From a virus, in IMG/VR virus record IMGVR_UViG_3300025921_000002, positions 1 to 64,000 of that record: 64,000 nt of DNA; one strand, 5' to 3'. This document shows positions 28,455 through 38,785 of this stretch, piece after piece. Both the position numbers and the translations under genes were made by a program. The notes under the pieces are model-generated. The model was not told where the DNA came from. It was given only the letters and a program-made list of their open reading frames with translations, and searched no databases. Each line of letters starts with the position of its first letter. Position 1 is the stretch's first letter.

Positions 28455-29813
28455 ATGGCATACAACAACACAGGCCAGAACCCATCACAGGTTTCTTTAG
28501 CCAATATTAATTATCAGTACGAATCTGATTTATCTATGCTCGTACCGCGCGCATACCCAAAATTCATTAACCAATTCCCGTCTTTAGCATCTAAAAACTA
28601 CATCGTGATGCGTGAAGGACAGGGCGATATGGTTTACACAGACAACAAGACCTTTTACTTCTGGACTAAAAAAGGAAAGAACGTTCCGTCATTCAAGGTA
28701 TCAACTTTGGTAGCTCCCGGCACACCGTCAGGAACCATCACTTGCTCTACCGCTTATCAGTATGACAGCAACACTCTTTCCCCTTTTGGTAACGGTTGGT
28801 ATTTCTATAACGATAGCACAGGTCAAACTATTCAGTTGACCAACGTGGTAAATTCAGGCGGTGTTACTACTGCTACCGCCACCACAACTGACGGGAGCAA
28901 CCTTTCTATCGCTACTACTGACCTGATGATATTTGACGCTACGGTAGTAGGTGAGGCTTCCGGTTCACAGACCACAATGGCAACCATTGACGTAAAGAAC
29001 ACCAACTATTGCGATACCATCAAAAGTACGCAGACCTTTACCGACTGGTCGTTATTCGAGCGTTTGGACATCCCTAACAATCCCGCAGGTTTCGATAAAA
29101 TCCGCTACCGCCAACAGGCAGATGAGCGTGATCGGTTCCTTTATCAGCAGGAACGTTTGCTGATGTTCAACAAGCCTATCACCAACATCACCGGGGTAAC
29201 CGCACAGCACACAGGCTTATTGCCACAAGTGCAGTTAGGCGGTCAGACTGACACGACCTCAACCATCGTTAATCAGGCTTACTTCGACAACTGGCGCAGG
29301 CTTATCGACGCACAGGGTTATTCAATGGAGTACGATGCTTTGCTAAACGTAGAGCTTCGTATGAAGTGGGAAAACTTTATACAGTCAACCTATAACAATG
29401 GTTCGATTGTGTATTTGGATTCACCTGCTTTCACCCACGGCCCTGCCGATTTGAACAGGAACTTCCAAGCCTACAACTTCCACGGGATTAAATTGAACTT
29501 TATGACCTACGATTACTTCTCAAGCGCCAACATTGCCGGACAAGTTCCGAACTCTGGCTTGTGGAACAACGCCGTATTGTTCATTCCAAGAGGTGAGGGT
29601 ATTGACCCTGCTACCAACGTAAACGTACCACGTTTCAGCGTAAGGTGGCAAGGTGTTGACGAAGGTTCAAGTGCTATCAAACTTCGTTTGACTGGCGGTC
29701 TTGCACCTATCGCAACAGACGACATCGAACACTTAGTTGTATCAACTGTAACCACAAAAGGTTTGCAGGCATTTGGTATCAACGGCTACATGTTCGGTCA
29801 GTTAGCTGCATAA
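28455..29813 (+). CDS. Major capsid protein
   Basis: 452 aa; strongly biased codons; HK97-like TGLLPQV and C-terminal GLQAFGIN; followed by a hairpin. Confidence 0.85.
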   Translation: MAYNNTGQNPSQVSLANINYQYESDLSMLVPRAYPKFINQFPSLASKNYIVMREGQGDMVYTDNKTFYFWTKKGKNVPSFKVSTLVAPGTPSGTITCSTAYQYDSNTLSPFGNGWYFYNDSTGQTIQLTNVVNSGGVTTATATTTDGSNLSIATTDLMIFDATVVGEASGSQTTMATIDVKNTNYCDTIKSTQTFTDWSLFERLDIPNNPAGFDKIRYRQQADERDRFLYQQERLLMFNKPITNITGVTAQHTGLLPQVQLGGQTDTTSTIVNQAYFDNWRRLIDAQGYSMEYDALLNVELRMKWENFIQSTYNNGSIVYLDSPAFTHGPADLNRNFQAYNFHGIKLNFMTYDYFSSANIAGQVPNSGLWNNAVLFIPRGEGIDPATNVNVPRFSVRWQGVDEGSSAIKLRLTGGLAPIATDDIEHLVVSTVTTKGLQAFGINGYMFGQLAA

Positions 29814-29816
29814 TAT

Positions 29817-29851
29817 TAAGGGGGCGGGAATTAACTTGCCCCCTAATTTTT
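29817..29851 (+). terminator. Hairpin/terminator after MCP
   Basis: gggggcggg...cttgccccc followed by a T-run. Confidence 0.6.
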
Positions 29852-29856
29852 ATAAC

Positions 29857-30726
29857 ATGAATGATTTAGCACTCAAGCCCGTAATGGGCAGACCAAAAAA
29901 AGAAAACGTTCCGGTAGAAAAAAAGGAAGAAAGGCTTGTTGACGTAGGTTTTGAGATAGACCCTGAAAAGGACTATATCTTTGAAACCATTAAAAAGTCG
30001 CCAAACCCACGCCACGAAGTATTAGCTTCTACCTGCCGGATATTTGACACCGAAGAAAAGAGGTACAGGGATATTATCTACATTCCTACCGCCCCATCCA
30101 TCTTTAAAGAGGATTTGGACGAAAGCTGGGATGCTATACCCTCACCGCCACTATTCTTTTACCGCGACCAACTGATTATACACGGTCAGGATAAAAGAGG
30201 CATGGAGTATGTGATGATGCACTCTGACTACGAGTTCAGCCCTTTTAAAGTGTCGGGCAGGCAACCTAAGTTTACTTTAGTAGACAAAGAAGTGCAGGAA
30301 AAGATAAAGGCCAAAATACACGAGGCGCAGTTTAAGGCGCAGGAAGCCATTAAAAAACTTCCTATTGAAGATTTACGCCCTATCGCAAGAGTGGTGTTTG
30401 GCGTAACTGAAATAGCCGATACAGCCATTGTGAATAAAATGAATGAAATCGCCAAATCAGACAAAAAAGGAACAGGGAAACTTCCGGCAGAACAAATACT
30501 GGAAAATATCGGAAACCCTGAACTGGTAAGGCGCTACAATATACAGTCAGGCATAGACAACGGTTTAGTATTTATTGACACGAATACAAGTCAGGCAAGG
30601 TTCAGAGAAAACAACGTGTTTATCCTGCAACTAAAAAGCCGCGACTACGTGAAGGAACTGGTGGACTTCTCCAACACAGGCGAGGGCATGGAGTTTTATA
30701 ACCAGTTGAAAAAGAAAATGAATTAA
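29857..30726 (+). CDS. Conserved post-MCP protein (probable start 29857)
   Basis: Position and size as in crAss-like morphogenesis modules. Confidence 0.65.
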   Translation: MNDLALKPVMGRPKKENVPVEKKEERLVDVGFEIDPEKDYIFETIKKSPNPRHEVLASTCRIFDTEEKRYRDIIYIPTAPSIFKEDLDESWDAIPSPPLFFYRDQLIIHGQDKRGMEYVMMHSDYEFSPFKVSGRQPKFTLVDKEVQEKIKAKIHEAQFKAQEAIKKLPIEDLRPIARVVFGVTEIADTAIVNKMNEIAKSDKKGTGKLPAEQILENIGNPELVRRYNIQSGIDNGLVFIDTNTSQARFRENNVFILQLKSRDYVKELVDFSNTGEGMEFYNQLKKKMN

Positions 30727-30777
30727 AATCTCCCTCCTCAAAGGGACTAATTTCATAGGTTTATAGGTTTAGGTTAG

Positions 30778-30813
30778 AGTGATAAGCTGCGAGAGTTTGT
30801 CACTTTATTTTTT
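30778..30813 (+). terminator. Intrinsic terminator
   Basis: agtgataagc/gtttgtcact followed by a T-run. Confidence 0.65.
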
Positions 30814-30853
30814 TATATTTACAATGAGAATTTGGTTTTAGAGTGGTTAATGG

Positions 30854-30882
30854 AAAGCAGGTTTGAATGGCCTGCTTTTTTT
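30854..30882 (+). terminator. Intrinsic terminator
   Basis: aaagcaggt/gcctgcttt running into T7. Confidence 0.75.
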
Positions 30883-30937
30883 GTTTTTAATATCTGAAAT
30901 ATTCTTTACATTTACTACGGTATAACAAAAAAGAATA

Positions 30938-31594
30938 ATGGCGGTTTCGATTGATTACGTTCACCAACTTGTTTACGATCTTGCGGCTAAACAGCTCGCC
31001 TCGTTCCCAAGTCCGAACGATTTTAATAATTACGCTGAACTTGCATCCATAGACCTTTTTAACTACTATAACGACGAAAGAAACAAAGAGTTGATAGATG
31101 TTAAAATGGGGCAGACTATAAATATCCCTAACACACTTTCAGACTTTGTTGTTTATCAGGCCGTAATGGAGCAAAGCGGGAATGAGTTTTTATACCCCGA
31201 TGATTTCATGTATGACTTGGCTTTAACAAACAGCGTATCGAAAGCAGATTTCAAAAAAGTTGACCCTGATAAGATATTCAACTATATCAACAGCACGATT
31301 GATGCGCCAAGTTTGGACTTTCCGATTTATATGCCCCTTGATCAAAGCAGGGTAGTGGTTTATCCTACGGTAATTCCATCGTTAACGTATCTTAGAAAAC
31401 CAATAACACCCGTTTGGGCTTATACAGTAATAAATAATAGACCTGTTTATGACCCGCTAACAAGCGTAGACTTTGACTGGAGTCCGACAGAGGTTTACAG
31501 GCTTACAATGAGAATATTAAACTACTTTGGAATTTCTATTAGGGATACCGAGCTTATGCAAGAGGCACAACAATTAACCATAGGAGCAAGCTAA
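30938..31594 (+). CDS. Tail ring/adaptor protein 1
   Basis: P.DFNNYA..A..D.F, YLRKP..PVWAY and ILNYFGISIRD patterns typical of crAss-like ring proteins. Confidence 0.7.
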   Translation: MAVSIDYVHQLVYDLAAKQLASFPSPNDFNNYAELASIDLFNYYNDERNKELIDVKMGQTINIPNTLSDFVVYQAVMEQSGNEFLYPDDFMYDLALTNSVSKADFKKVDPDKIFNYINSTIDAPSLDFPIYMPLDQSRVVVYPTVIPSLTYLRKPITPVWAYTVINNRPVYDPLTSVDFDWSPTEVYRLTMRILNYFGISIRDTELMQEAQQLTIGAS

Positions 31595-31595
31595 G

Positions 31596-32246
31596 ATGGC
31601 ATTAACTACGAAATTAGAGGTTGTTCAGGAAATACTATACGAGGTATTCGGGGGAATGCAATCCAACCAATCCGCTATTTCCGAAAATTTCATTTTGCGT
31701 AAGTTAAATGACCGGATAGCAGAAGCGGCGGTTAAGTCTGCTTTTGGCTCTTATAATCTCGATGGATGCGTTTGTGTTGATGATATATTCAATCTTACCT
31801 ATTCAGCGTTAACATTGCTTACAGATAGCAATAACGGGCTTAAATATGTGGTACTACCAACGCAGCCAATAGGCTTACCGTCCGGAAGGGCTTTTAATGT
31901 TTATCCACCTAATAATTTGGGCGGTATTCAGCAAAGCACATTCAAACCAATTTCGAGAGGTGAAGTGACCTATATAAGAAGTTTACCGGTAATAAAAAAG
32001 ATATTCCACTTTGTTGAAAACGGAAGGTTATACATCATTGATAATTACAATTTGAGCCAATATTTCCCTACGCTGAATATGACTGTCACTTCTTCGGGGG
32101 CAAATAACCTGACAGATATACTTAACTTGCCCGATGATATGATAGCCGGAGTCAAAATGTTAGTAATACAGGATTGCAAACAAATGATGATGTTAGCAGA
32201 TACAACGCCACTCCCACAAAGCGATGCACCAGAACCAAGAAACTAA
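31596..32246 (+). CDS. Tail ring protein 2
   Basis: Size and position; LP.DM motif near the C-terminus. Confidence 0.6.
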   Translation: MALTTKLEVVQEILYEVFGGMQSNQSAISENFILRKLNDRIAEAAVKSAFGSYNLDGCVCVDDIFNLTYSALTLLTDSNNGLKYVVLPTQPIGLPSGRAFNVYPPNNLGGIQQSTFKPISRGEVTYIRSLPVIKKIFHFVENGRLYIIDNYNLSQYFPTLNMTVTSSGANNLTDILNLPDDMIAGVKMLVIQDCKQMMMLADTTPLPQSDAPEPRN

Positions 32247-33011
32247 ATGGAAAATACACTATCACCACTTATAAGCCTCGATGAGATAGTTAACGGTTAT
32301 CTCGATCAACATCAAAGGCCACAAGGCCAATACAGGCGCATATACAGCATTGCTATTCGTGGTTATAGGTTATTCTACCGTGATAGTTTAGGCTTGCCTA
32401 AAAGCGTTACATTGCCCATACAGGCAAATGGTGTAGCTACCCTACCAACTGATTTTATGAGTAAGATACAGATAGGCGTTTTAAATGAAAGGGGTGAATT
32501 TGCTTCGCTTGTAGAAGATAATAACCTATCGCTTACAGATGCGGTTTCTTCGGACAGGCTTAGTCAAAAACAATACCATACCCAATACGATAACACCGAT
32601 TATATTTTAGGTTTCGAGGACTTTAATAACGGAGTTTATCCCGGTTGGGGTTACGGTCAATTAGGTGTTGGTGGGAATAACCTTATTGGAAGCTACCGTA
32701 TAGACTACACCGACAGGGTAATTGTACTTAACTTTCATTACAGGCCGACAAACCTAATATTAGAGTATTTGGCTATGCCGACCAATAACGGGGAATATGC
32801 AGTACATCCTTTCTTTCAAGAGGCGCTAATAGCTTATATCAGGTGGCAGGACAGCGTAGGTAACAAGACTATTGGGATAAGCCAACAAAGGGATAATAAG
32901 GCTATTTATGATATGGAGTATAAGAATGCAAGGAGAGCCATGCAGCCATTCGATCCGTCCGATGCTTCAAATCAATATCGTAAAAGCCAACGTATGGCCG
33001 TAAAATCATAA
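32247..33011 (+). CDS. Tail ring protein 3
   Basis: SLDEIVN.Y, LPTDF, ILEYL and VHPF.QEAL.AYI.W. Confidence 0.65.
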   Translation: MENTLSPLISLDEIVNGYLDQHQRPQGQYRRIYSIAIRGYRLFYRDSLGLPKSVTLPIQANGVATLPTDFMSKIQIGVLNERGEFASLVEDNNLSLTDAVSSDRLSQKQYHTQYDNTDYILGFEDFNNGVYPGWGYGQLGVGGNNLIGSYRIDYTDRVIVLNFHYRPTNLILEYLAMPTNNGEYAVHPFFQEALIAYIRWQDSVGNKTIGISQQRDNKAIYDMEYKNARRAMQPFDPSDASNQYRKSQRMAVKS

Positions 33012-33015
33012 TACG

Positions 33016-36000
33016 ATGTGCGCGGTAATGAAGGATTTCAAGATGTTCCAAGCCGGGGGTTTGGATTATGATAGCGCAGTTGAAGTCCGTGCTAAAAATG
33101 ATTATTTTCCAGCGTTTAACATTCGCCCTCAAGGGGTAGCAGGCTTAGACGAGGGGTATATAGCTAACATTGAGTCTAATCAGCTTCTTTCAGCCTCGGT
33201 AGCCCCCGGAATATCCCGTTGCATAGGTTCAGCGGGTTTTGAGTCAGCAAGGTTTGGCGTGGGTATTTATTTTAATTCAGCAGGCTATAATCAAATAAGG
33301 AAAGTTGACTACGATACCGACACGGTTACTACGATTGATATTTCAGCGTGGCCTTTAAGCCCTCAAAACTACGTCAACGACATTAAGTTAGTCAATAACG
33401 AATTTTTGTTGATGAATGACGGACATAACCCACCATTCTACGTTAACCTACCTGCACTGGAAGCAGGCGACTATGGGGAAACAACGGCAACAGACTTTAT
33501 GTTAGCCAAGCCGCAGCCGTGGTATCCTGCCTCGGCTTCTTATAGCGATGACGCAAGCAGGGCTGTAAATCTTCTCAATACCAAGTTATTCAGGTTCAGA
33601 ACACAGTTTATAGGACTTTATAACGAACCAAGTATAGATGGGGTTATTTCACCGCTATTCATCCCCGAAGAACAGTCTACACCGAGGGTCGGAACAGACG
33701 TAACCAAAAATAATAATCTAATTATAAAGGTTGACGCGGGAACAGACAGGGTAAAGACTTTGGTACTTGACGGGCAATACGGTGTAACGGATTGGTTTAC
33801 GGTCAGGACAATAGACCGGGCAGATATACTTGCACTTCCTTTAAATATCGACATACCTACGCAAGTTTACGAGGCATACGACCCTGCTACAAACCTCTAT
33901 ACGTTCGTCTTTTATAACGATGGGTTATACGTAAACAAACCTGTACTTGAAACCGACCAACAGTATTCTAACGTTCCTATTACCGCAGGGGCATTAGAGA
34001 TACTCAACGGCAACCAAGTAGTGTTTGGTGATATAACCACAGGTTATTACAAACCCGTAATAGACGTTTCGCTAAGCGCCACAAACTATAATCCCAATTT
34101 AAGCCTGCCATTTACCGATTCAAGCCCGTTAAGGCAACTAATTGTTAACCCCGGTCAGTCAGGTTCGGGATTAGGCAACCACAAGAGGTTAGTACAAATA
34201 GAGTTTACAGGAGTCGTTCAGCAGGGAGATATATTAACCATCGTCATGGTTGACATACGAAACGCAGGGAATACACTGACTTATGTTTTCCCTTGTGACT
34301 TCGCAGAAAGCGGGGACACGGCACTATTTATTACCAATTTAGCCCCTGAAATAGCAAGCACAAGTGTTTACACCCCTACCGACGGTTTTACCATAGGTTT
34401 GAATATTGTAACGCAGCCTTTCTTTACGCTGCAATCTTCGACCATAACATTATTTAACCCCGGCTCAACTGTATTTAAATCCATACATGCTTTAAAACTT
34501 AACTCATCCTATCAATTAGCTTTTGCGGGTTATGATTATTTCGGCAGACCTTTCCCTATAGTGACGGATGCCAGTTGGATATTAAAAACTAACTCTTACG
34601 GGCAGTCACACGGGGCAACGCCACAATTCAACTGGAAAATAAACACGCCAACCGCGCCGGAGGGGATGTATACTTACCAGTGGCTTATATCGCAAAATAA
34701 CACCCACCTGCAAGACCTGTATATGCTTGCTTCCATAATAGCCTATGAGGGGACATGGGATGCCACAGCAAACACCCCGACGCTTGCAGCAAACACAGGA
34801 ACTACGGGTTTCGTGTATAAGATTACTGGCCCCGGCTCACAGAATTTAGGTATGGGGGAAACGGCCTATATGACTAACGACTACGTGCTTTATAATGGGT
34901 CGGCATGGACAGTTATCCCGGGAAGCTATGGTGACCTTTCAGATACCACAGCCTACTACTTTTACCTGAACTCACTTCAAGCGTTTAACGCAAGGAACAA
35001 TACCTCTATTTTAAACTACGACTACACGGTTAACGACAGGTGTACTTTAGCCTATTATGATGATGCCGGAAATATAAACTACTTCGACGGTGTAGTAAAC
35101 CCGATTGTCGATGTGGCTGTTTTGGGTTATGATGCCTCGGTATTCTTTCTAAAGGTCAATAAGGCAAGTGGCTTTGACTCATCTACCATTGTAGGTAAAA
35201 ATGTGATGCTTGAACTTTATACGCCAAAATCGGTTCAGTCAAGCCCCGAAGCACAGGTATTCTACGAAACAGGTGTGGTTTATAAAGTAATAGATGGCCA
35301 GTACGAAACCCTGCAAGGTGTAATAACAGACGGTGACGCCTACTTTAAAACAAGGCAAATCCCCGGCTCAATAGACCCAAATACCACTTATTCAACGGTT
35401 GTTGAAGATTTTAACTTCTCTGATTTTTACCCGTCAAGGTATACTTCCTACGGCAGACCGAGAATAATTGATGATGTTTTAGGCAGGATTAGAAAAATAG
35501 CCAATATCATTTACTCACAACAGTATATTGTAGGCTCAAAGAATAACGGGCTTCCTGTTTTCTACGTAGCAGACGTTTATGGCGAAGCAGGGGGACAAAC
35601 CTCATCTTCTTACGGGGCTATTGTTAAACTTATTCAGATAAACAACGAATTAATTGACCTGCAAGAGTTGAATCACGGCTCTATTCCGGTTTTTATTAAT
35701 ATTATCGAAGATCAAATCGAACAGCAGAATGTAGCCATTTCTGAAAAGATACTCGGTAACATAAGATATACCTATTCAATTCACATTGGGGTAGGCGTAG
35801 CCAAAGAATCCATTGCCGTTTACAACAACATCATCTACTGGATAGACAGCAACAGAAGCGAGCCGATAAGGTGGAATAGCGCAAACGGGGCTATTCCTAT
35901 CAACGAGAAGATGTCAAAATACTTTAGGCAAGTACTGGCAGCGGCTTACGCAGCCGGGCTTAAAGTTATTGGCTATTACGATATTTTCAACGACGAGTAT

Positions 36001-36903
36001 GTCATAGCCATTCAAAGAGAAGATGGGACAGTACATGCTTTTGGCTTCAATGATACTAACTGGCAGTATAGGTTACAATTCTCGGTTTTACCGGGAGAAA
36101 TAACCATTACCACAAACCCTTTACACAGCTCACCATCTTATAATAATGTTACAGGTATCGTTGTAATAACGCCAAGTGTCAATTATGTGGGCAGTGATAG
36201 CTTCCAGTTCTCATTCGGTAACACCCATAGCCCAAGCACAAGGAACTTATGCTACAATTGGATTTCTGGGAGTGGTATAGTTTATGACTTTTACTTTAAC
36301 GAGGTAAGTGGTGCGCCACAATCCACAGAAATAGCCTCCAACACCATTTCAGTGGGTGGAAATGATTATGCTGTACCAATAAGTATTGTTGGTACAAGTT
36401 CACCTGAATACTCAGTAAACGGCGGGGCGTGGACAAACGCATCCGGAACGGTAAATGCAGGCGATATTGTCCAAGTAAGGCTAATCAGTGCAGGCGCACC
36501 ATCAAGTATAGAAACTGCCACGTTAACCATCGACAGCAAATCAGCAGAGTTCGATGTAGTAACAGGAACGGTAGATAATTTCGTGGTAGCACCGGGCAAT
36601 TACGGGATAAGCATAAGAGGGGTGAATGATGTAACAACTACTGGAGTTCCACCATCACTAAGCACCATTAACGTTGCGCCGGGCAACACGCTAAATACGG
36701 CTTACACTGCGGTAACAGCAGGGCAGATACACGTAAATATATCAGGCACACCAGTTATCCCGGGACACGTCAGGATTTATACTTCGGTAGGTGGTGTTCC
36801 TTTCGATAATGCAAATTTAGTTACAGGGCAAACAATATATAGTTTAAATTTACCATCGGCAAGCGACCCAACGCAAATTAAAATTGGGACGGAAACTTTT
36901 TAG
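33016..36903 (+). CDS. Tail muzzle/stabilization protein, N-terminal part, with appended Ig-like domains
   Basis: GGLDYD start; NQVVFGDIT.GY; YQLA...YD.FGR; YGAIVKL; GYYDIFNDEYV; then P..NYVGSDSF Ig-like modules. Confidence 0.75.
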   Translation: MCAVMKDFKMFQAGGLDYDSAVEVRAKNDYFPAFNIRPQGVAGLDEGYIANIESNQLLSASVAPGISRCIGSAGFESARFGVGIYFNSAGYNQIRKVDYDTDTVTTIDISAWPLSPQNYVNDIKLVNNEFLLMNDGHNPPFYVNLPALEAGDYGETTATDFMLAKPQPWYPASASYSDDASRAVNLLNTKLFRFRTQFIGLYNEPSIDGVISPLFIPEEQSTPRVGTDVTKNNNLIIKVDAGTDRVKTLVLDGQYGVTDWFTVRTIDRADILALPLNIDIPTQVYEAYDPATNLYTFVFYNDGLYVNKPVLETDQQYSNVPITAGALEILNGNQVVFGDITTGYYKPVIDVSLSATNYNPNLSLPFTDSSPLRQLIVNPGQSGSGLGNHKRLVQIEFTGVVQQGDILTIVMVDIRNAGNTLTYVFPCDFAESGDTALFITNLAPEIASTSVYTPTDGFTIGLNIVTQPFFTLQSSTITLFNPGSTVFKSIHALKLNSSYQLAFAGYDYFGRPFPIVTDASWILKTNSYGQSHGATPQFNWKINTPTAPEGMYTYQWLISQNNTHLQDLYMLASIIAYEGTWDATANTPTLAANTGTTGFVYKITGPGSQNLGMGETAYMTNDYVLYNGSAWTVIPGSYGDLSDTTAYYFYLNSLQAFNARNNTSILNYDYTVNDRCTLAYYDDAGNINYFDGVVNPIVDVAVLGYDASVFFLKVNKASGFDSSTIVGKNVMLELYTPKSVQSSPEAQVFYETGVVYKVIDGQYETLQGVITDGDAYFKTRQIPGSIDPNTTYSTVVEDFNFSDFYPSRYTSYGRPRIIDDVLGRIRKIANIIYSQQYIVGSKNNGLPVFYVADVYGEAGGQTSSSYGAIVKLIQINNELIDLQELNHGSIPVFINIIEDQIEQQNVAISEKILGNIRYTYSIHIGVGVAKESIAVYNNIIYWIDSNRSEPIRWNSANGAIPINEKMSKYFRQVLAAAYAAGLKVIGYYDIFNDEYVIAIQREDGTVHAFGFNDTNWQYRLQFSVLPGEITITTNPLHSSPSYNNVTGIVVITPSVNYVGSDSFQFSFGNTHSPSTRNLCYNWISGSGIVYDFYFNEVSGAPQSTEIASNTISVGGNDYAVPISIVGTSSPEYSVNGGAWTNASGTVNAGDIVQVRLISAGAPSSIETATLTIDSKSAEFDVVTGTVDNFVVAPGNYGISIRGVNDVTTTGVPPSLSTINVAPGNTLNTAYTAVTAGQIHVNISGTPVIPGHVRIYTSVGGVPFDNANLVTGQTIYSLNLPSASDPTQIKIGTETF

Positions 36904-36934
36904 GAAAATAAATAAAATGAGTATATTTACAATA

Positions 36935-37013
36935 CCGACCGCAAGCGGATTTAAGAAACTTAAAGAGCCATTAAACGGGGGAGATGTCTTGCGGCGTTGA
37001 ACCCGGTTAATGG
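36935..37013 (+). ncRNA. HNH-leader pseudoknot RNA, copy 2
   Basis: CCG-ACCGCAAG-CGG ... GGGGGAGA-tgt-CTTGCGG-cg-TTGAACCC, downstream of TATATTTA (36922-36929). Confidence 0.7.
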
Positions 37014-37027
37014 TATTCTTTTTTAAA

Positions 37028-37468
37028 ATGAAACCGACTATATTTTCAGATGGTAGATTGTATGGGTTTACAAACGAACAAAGATTTAAAACTAAATTTG
37101 AAGTAAATGAAGAAACAGGATGTTGGGAGTGGAATGGTAGAATTAATAAAGGTGGCTACGGAAAGTTCACTTTTAATAACAAAGAATTAACGGCTCACAG
37201 AGTTTCATACATGCTACACAAAGGGGAAATACCTGATGGACTGCATGTATGCCATACCTGTGACGTAAGGCATTGCGTCAACCCAGATCATTTATGGTTG
37301 GGGACGAATGCTGATAATATGGCTGATAAAGTTAAAAAAGGGAGATTTGCAACAACCCATGGGACATACCAAATGTATTTTAGAAGAGGGTGTCGCTGTG
37401 AAATATGTGTAGATTGGTCAAGAAAAAGATATAGAAAAGGTGACCGGATTGACTCAAATAGAGAATAA
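37028..37468 (+). mobile_element. HNH homing endonuclease (probable start 37028)
   Basis: GCWEW.G....GYG.F......AHRVSY....G.IP.G..VCHTCD...CVNPDHL.LGT..DN..D. Confidence 0.93.
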
Positions 37469-38333
37469 CAGAATCATAATAGATTTAACCCAAGCGGCTT
37501 TATCTACCGGCTGGTCTGTTAATGGAAGCCAAGCTGACCATGTGCAGTGTAATGCCGGGGATATATTTTTGCTTGGCTACCCTCTTGTTGTAGGTCAATC
37601 CTACCGATATACCGTACAGGCAACAGTAAGTTCAGGCTATTTACAGGCTATGGGTGGCGTACAGCACACTACGGGAGGTTTTATTGAAGAAACTATTGTT
37701 GCCACAGGAACACAATTCTTTTTTTACGCTAACGGTAACTGCACGATACAAGACTTCGTTATTGAAGCATTTGCCCCGACTGTAAGCATTTATGAGCAAA
37801 GTACGGTAGCTTTTTCAGAAAGGTTGAATAAATGGACTTCATTCTACACCAAACGCCCTGAAAGCGCCTATTCGATGTATAAAAAGACTTATGAATGGCT
37901 TGAGGGTGATGTTTACCTTGTAGAAAGTGGGTCAAATGACAGGTGTAAGTTCTTTGGAGTACAATACCCTGCTACTATTTGGTTCTCTACAAATCAGCAA
38001 CCAACGCTTGCTAAGACGTTTATGTCTATTAATTACCAAGCAAGCCAATTGTTAATAACACCACCAAGCGGAGTTTATACATCGACAGGGCAATACTCGG
38101 AATTAATTGAGCAGGATTTCTTACAGGACACCTTAAACAACGGTGATAAGGTCTACTTTACGGAAGGCCTCGCACAGGCTTATTACATGAGGGCAATCCC
38201 AGATATGATAGAGGGGCAACAATTGAAAGGCAATTATCTTGAAATGGGTTTGCAGACCACATCGCCAAGTTCAATATTGACTTTATTTAGCACAGAAATA
38301 GGTTATGTGCATTCTTACCAAAATATAAGATAA
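37440..38333 (+). CDS. Tail muzzle/stabilization protein, C-terminal part
   Basis: TVAFSE..NKWTSFY...PE, FFGVQY...I.F..N.....K.F..I and G..LKGNYL are motifs normally found at the end of the single-gene muzzle protein. Confidence 0.7.
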   Translation: MTGLTQIENNRIIIDLTQAALSTGWSVNGSQADHVQCNAGDIFLLGYPLVVGQSYRYTVQATVSSGYLQAMGGVQHTTGGFIEETIVATGTQFFFYANGNCTIQDFVIEAFAPTVSIYEQSTVAFSERLNKWTSFYTKRPESAYSMYKKTYEWLEGDVYLVESGSNDRCKFFGVQYPATIWFSTNQQPTLAKTFMSINYQASQLLITPPSGVYTSTGQYSELIEQDFLQDTLNNGDKVYFTEGLAQAYYMRAIPDMIEGQQLKGNYLEMGLQTTSPSSILTLFSTEIGYVHSYQNIR

Positions 38334-38350
38334 TTACATATATTTATACC

Positions 38351-38785
38351 ATGAATGAGGCGATTGCTTTAACGTACGAAGAAAACATTGAAGCGGTAAA
38401 GTTAGAAATGATTAAACTTGGCCTTAAAACGCCAAACGTGGAAGGATTTTTTACACCGGGGCTTTATACAAGGGTGGCTTTTTTTGACGCAGGAGATTAT
38501 ATTATAAGCGAAAAGCATAAAACTGAACATCCTTTTTGCCTATTGAGTGGTAAGATACGAATAATTAACTTTGACGAGGGAGAACATGAGTTAGAAGCCC
38601 CGTTCATAGGCGTTACAGCCCCCGGAACGATACGCTTCGCGCAGGCAGTAACTAAAGTAGTTTGGGCAACGTTCCACCCTACTAAGATAAAAGTGAATGG
38701 TGATTTTGAAGCGGCGGTTAAAAAGGTTGAGAAAAAGGTTATTGAAAAAGATAAAAGAAAGGAATTAAGAGTATGTCATGGGTAG
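38351..38785 (+). CDS. Cupin-fold protein of the virion-ejection gene cluster
   Basis: FTPGLY.R..F..AG......HK.EH...L.SG.I...APF.....PG..R.....VW.T.H. Confidence 0.65.
   Translation: MNEAIALTYEENIEAVKLEMIKLGLKTPNVEGFFTPGLYTRVAFFDAGDYIISEKHKTEHPFCLLSGKIRIINFDEGEHELEAPFIGVTAPGTIRFAQAVTKVVWATFHPTKIKVNGDFEAAVKKVEKKVIEKDKRKELRVCHG

Noticed and set aside
36904-37468. Group I intron interrupting the muzzle gene
   Set aside because: Only ~120 non-coding nt, explained by a promoter and the leader motif; no recognisable P7 core; the HNH overlaps the downstream CDS.
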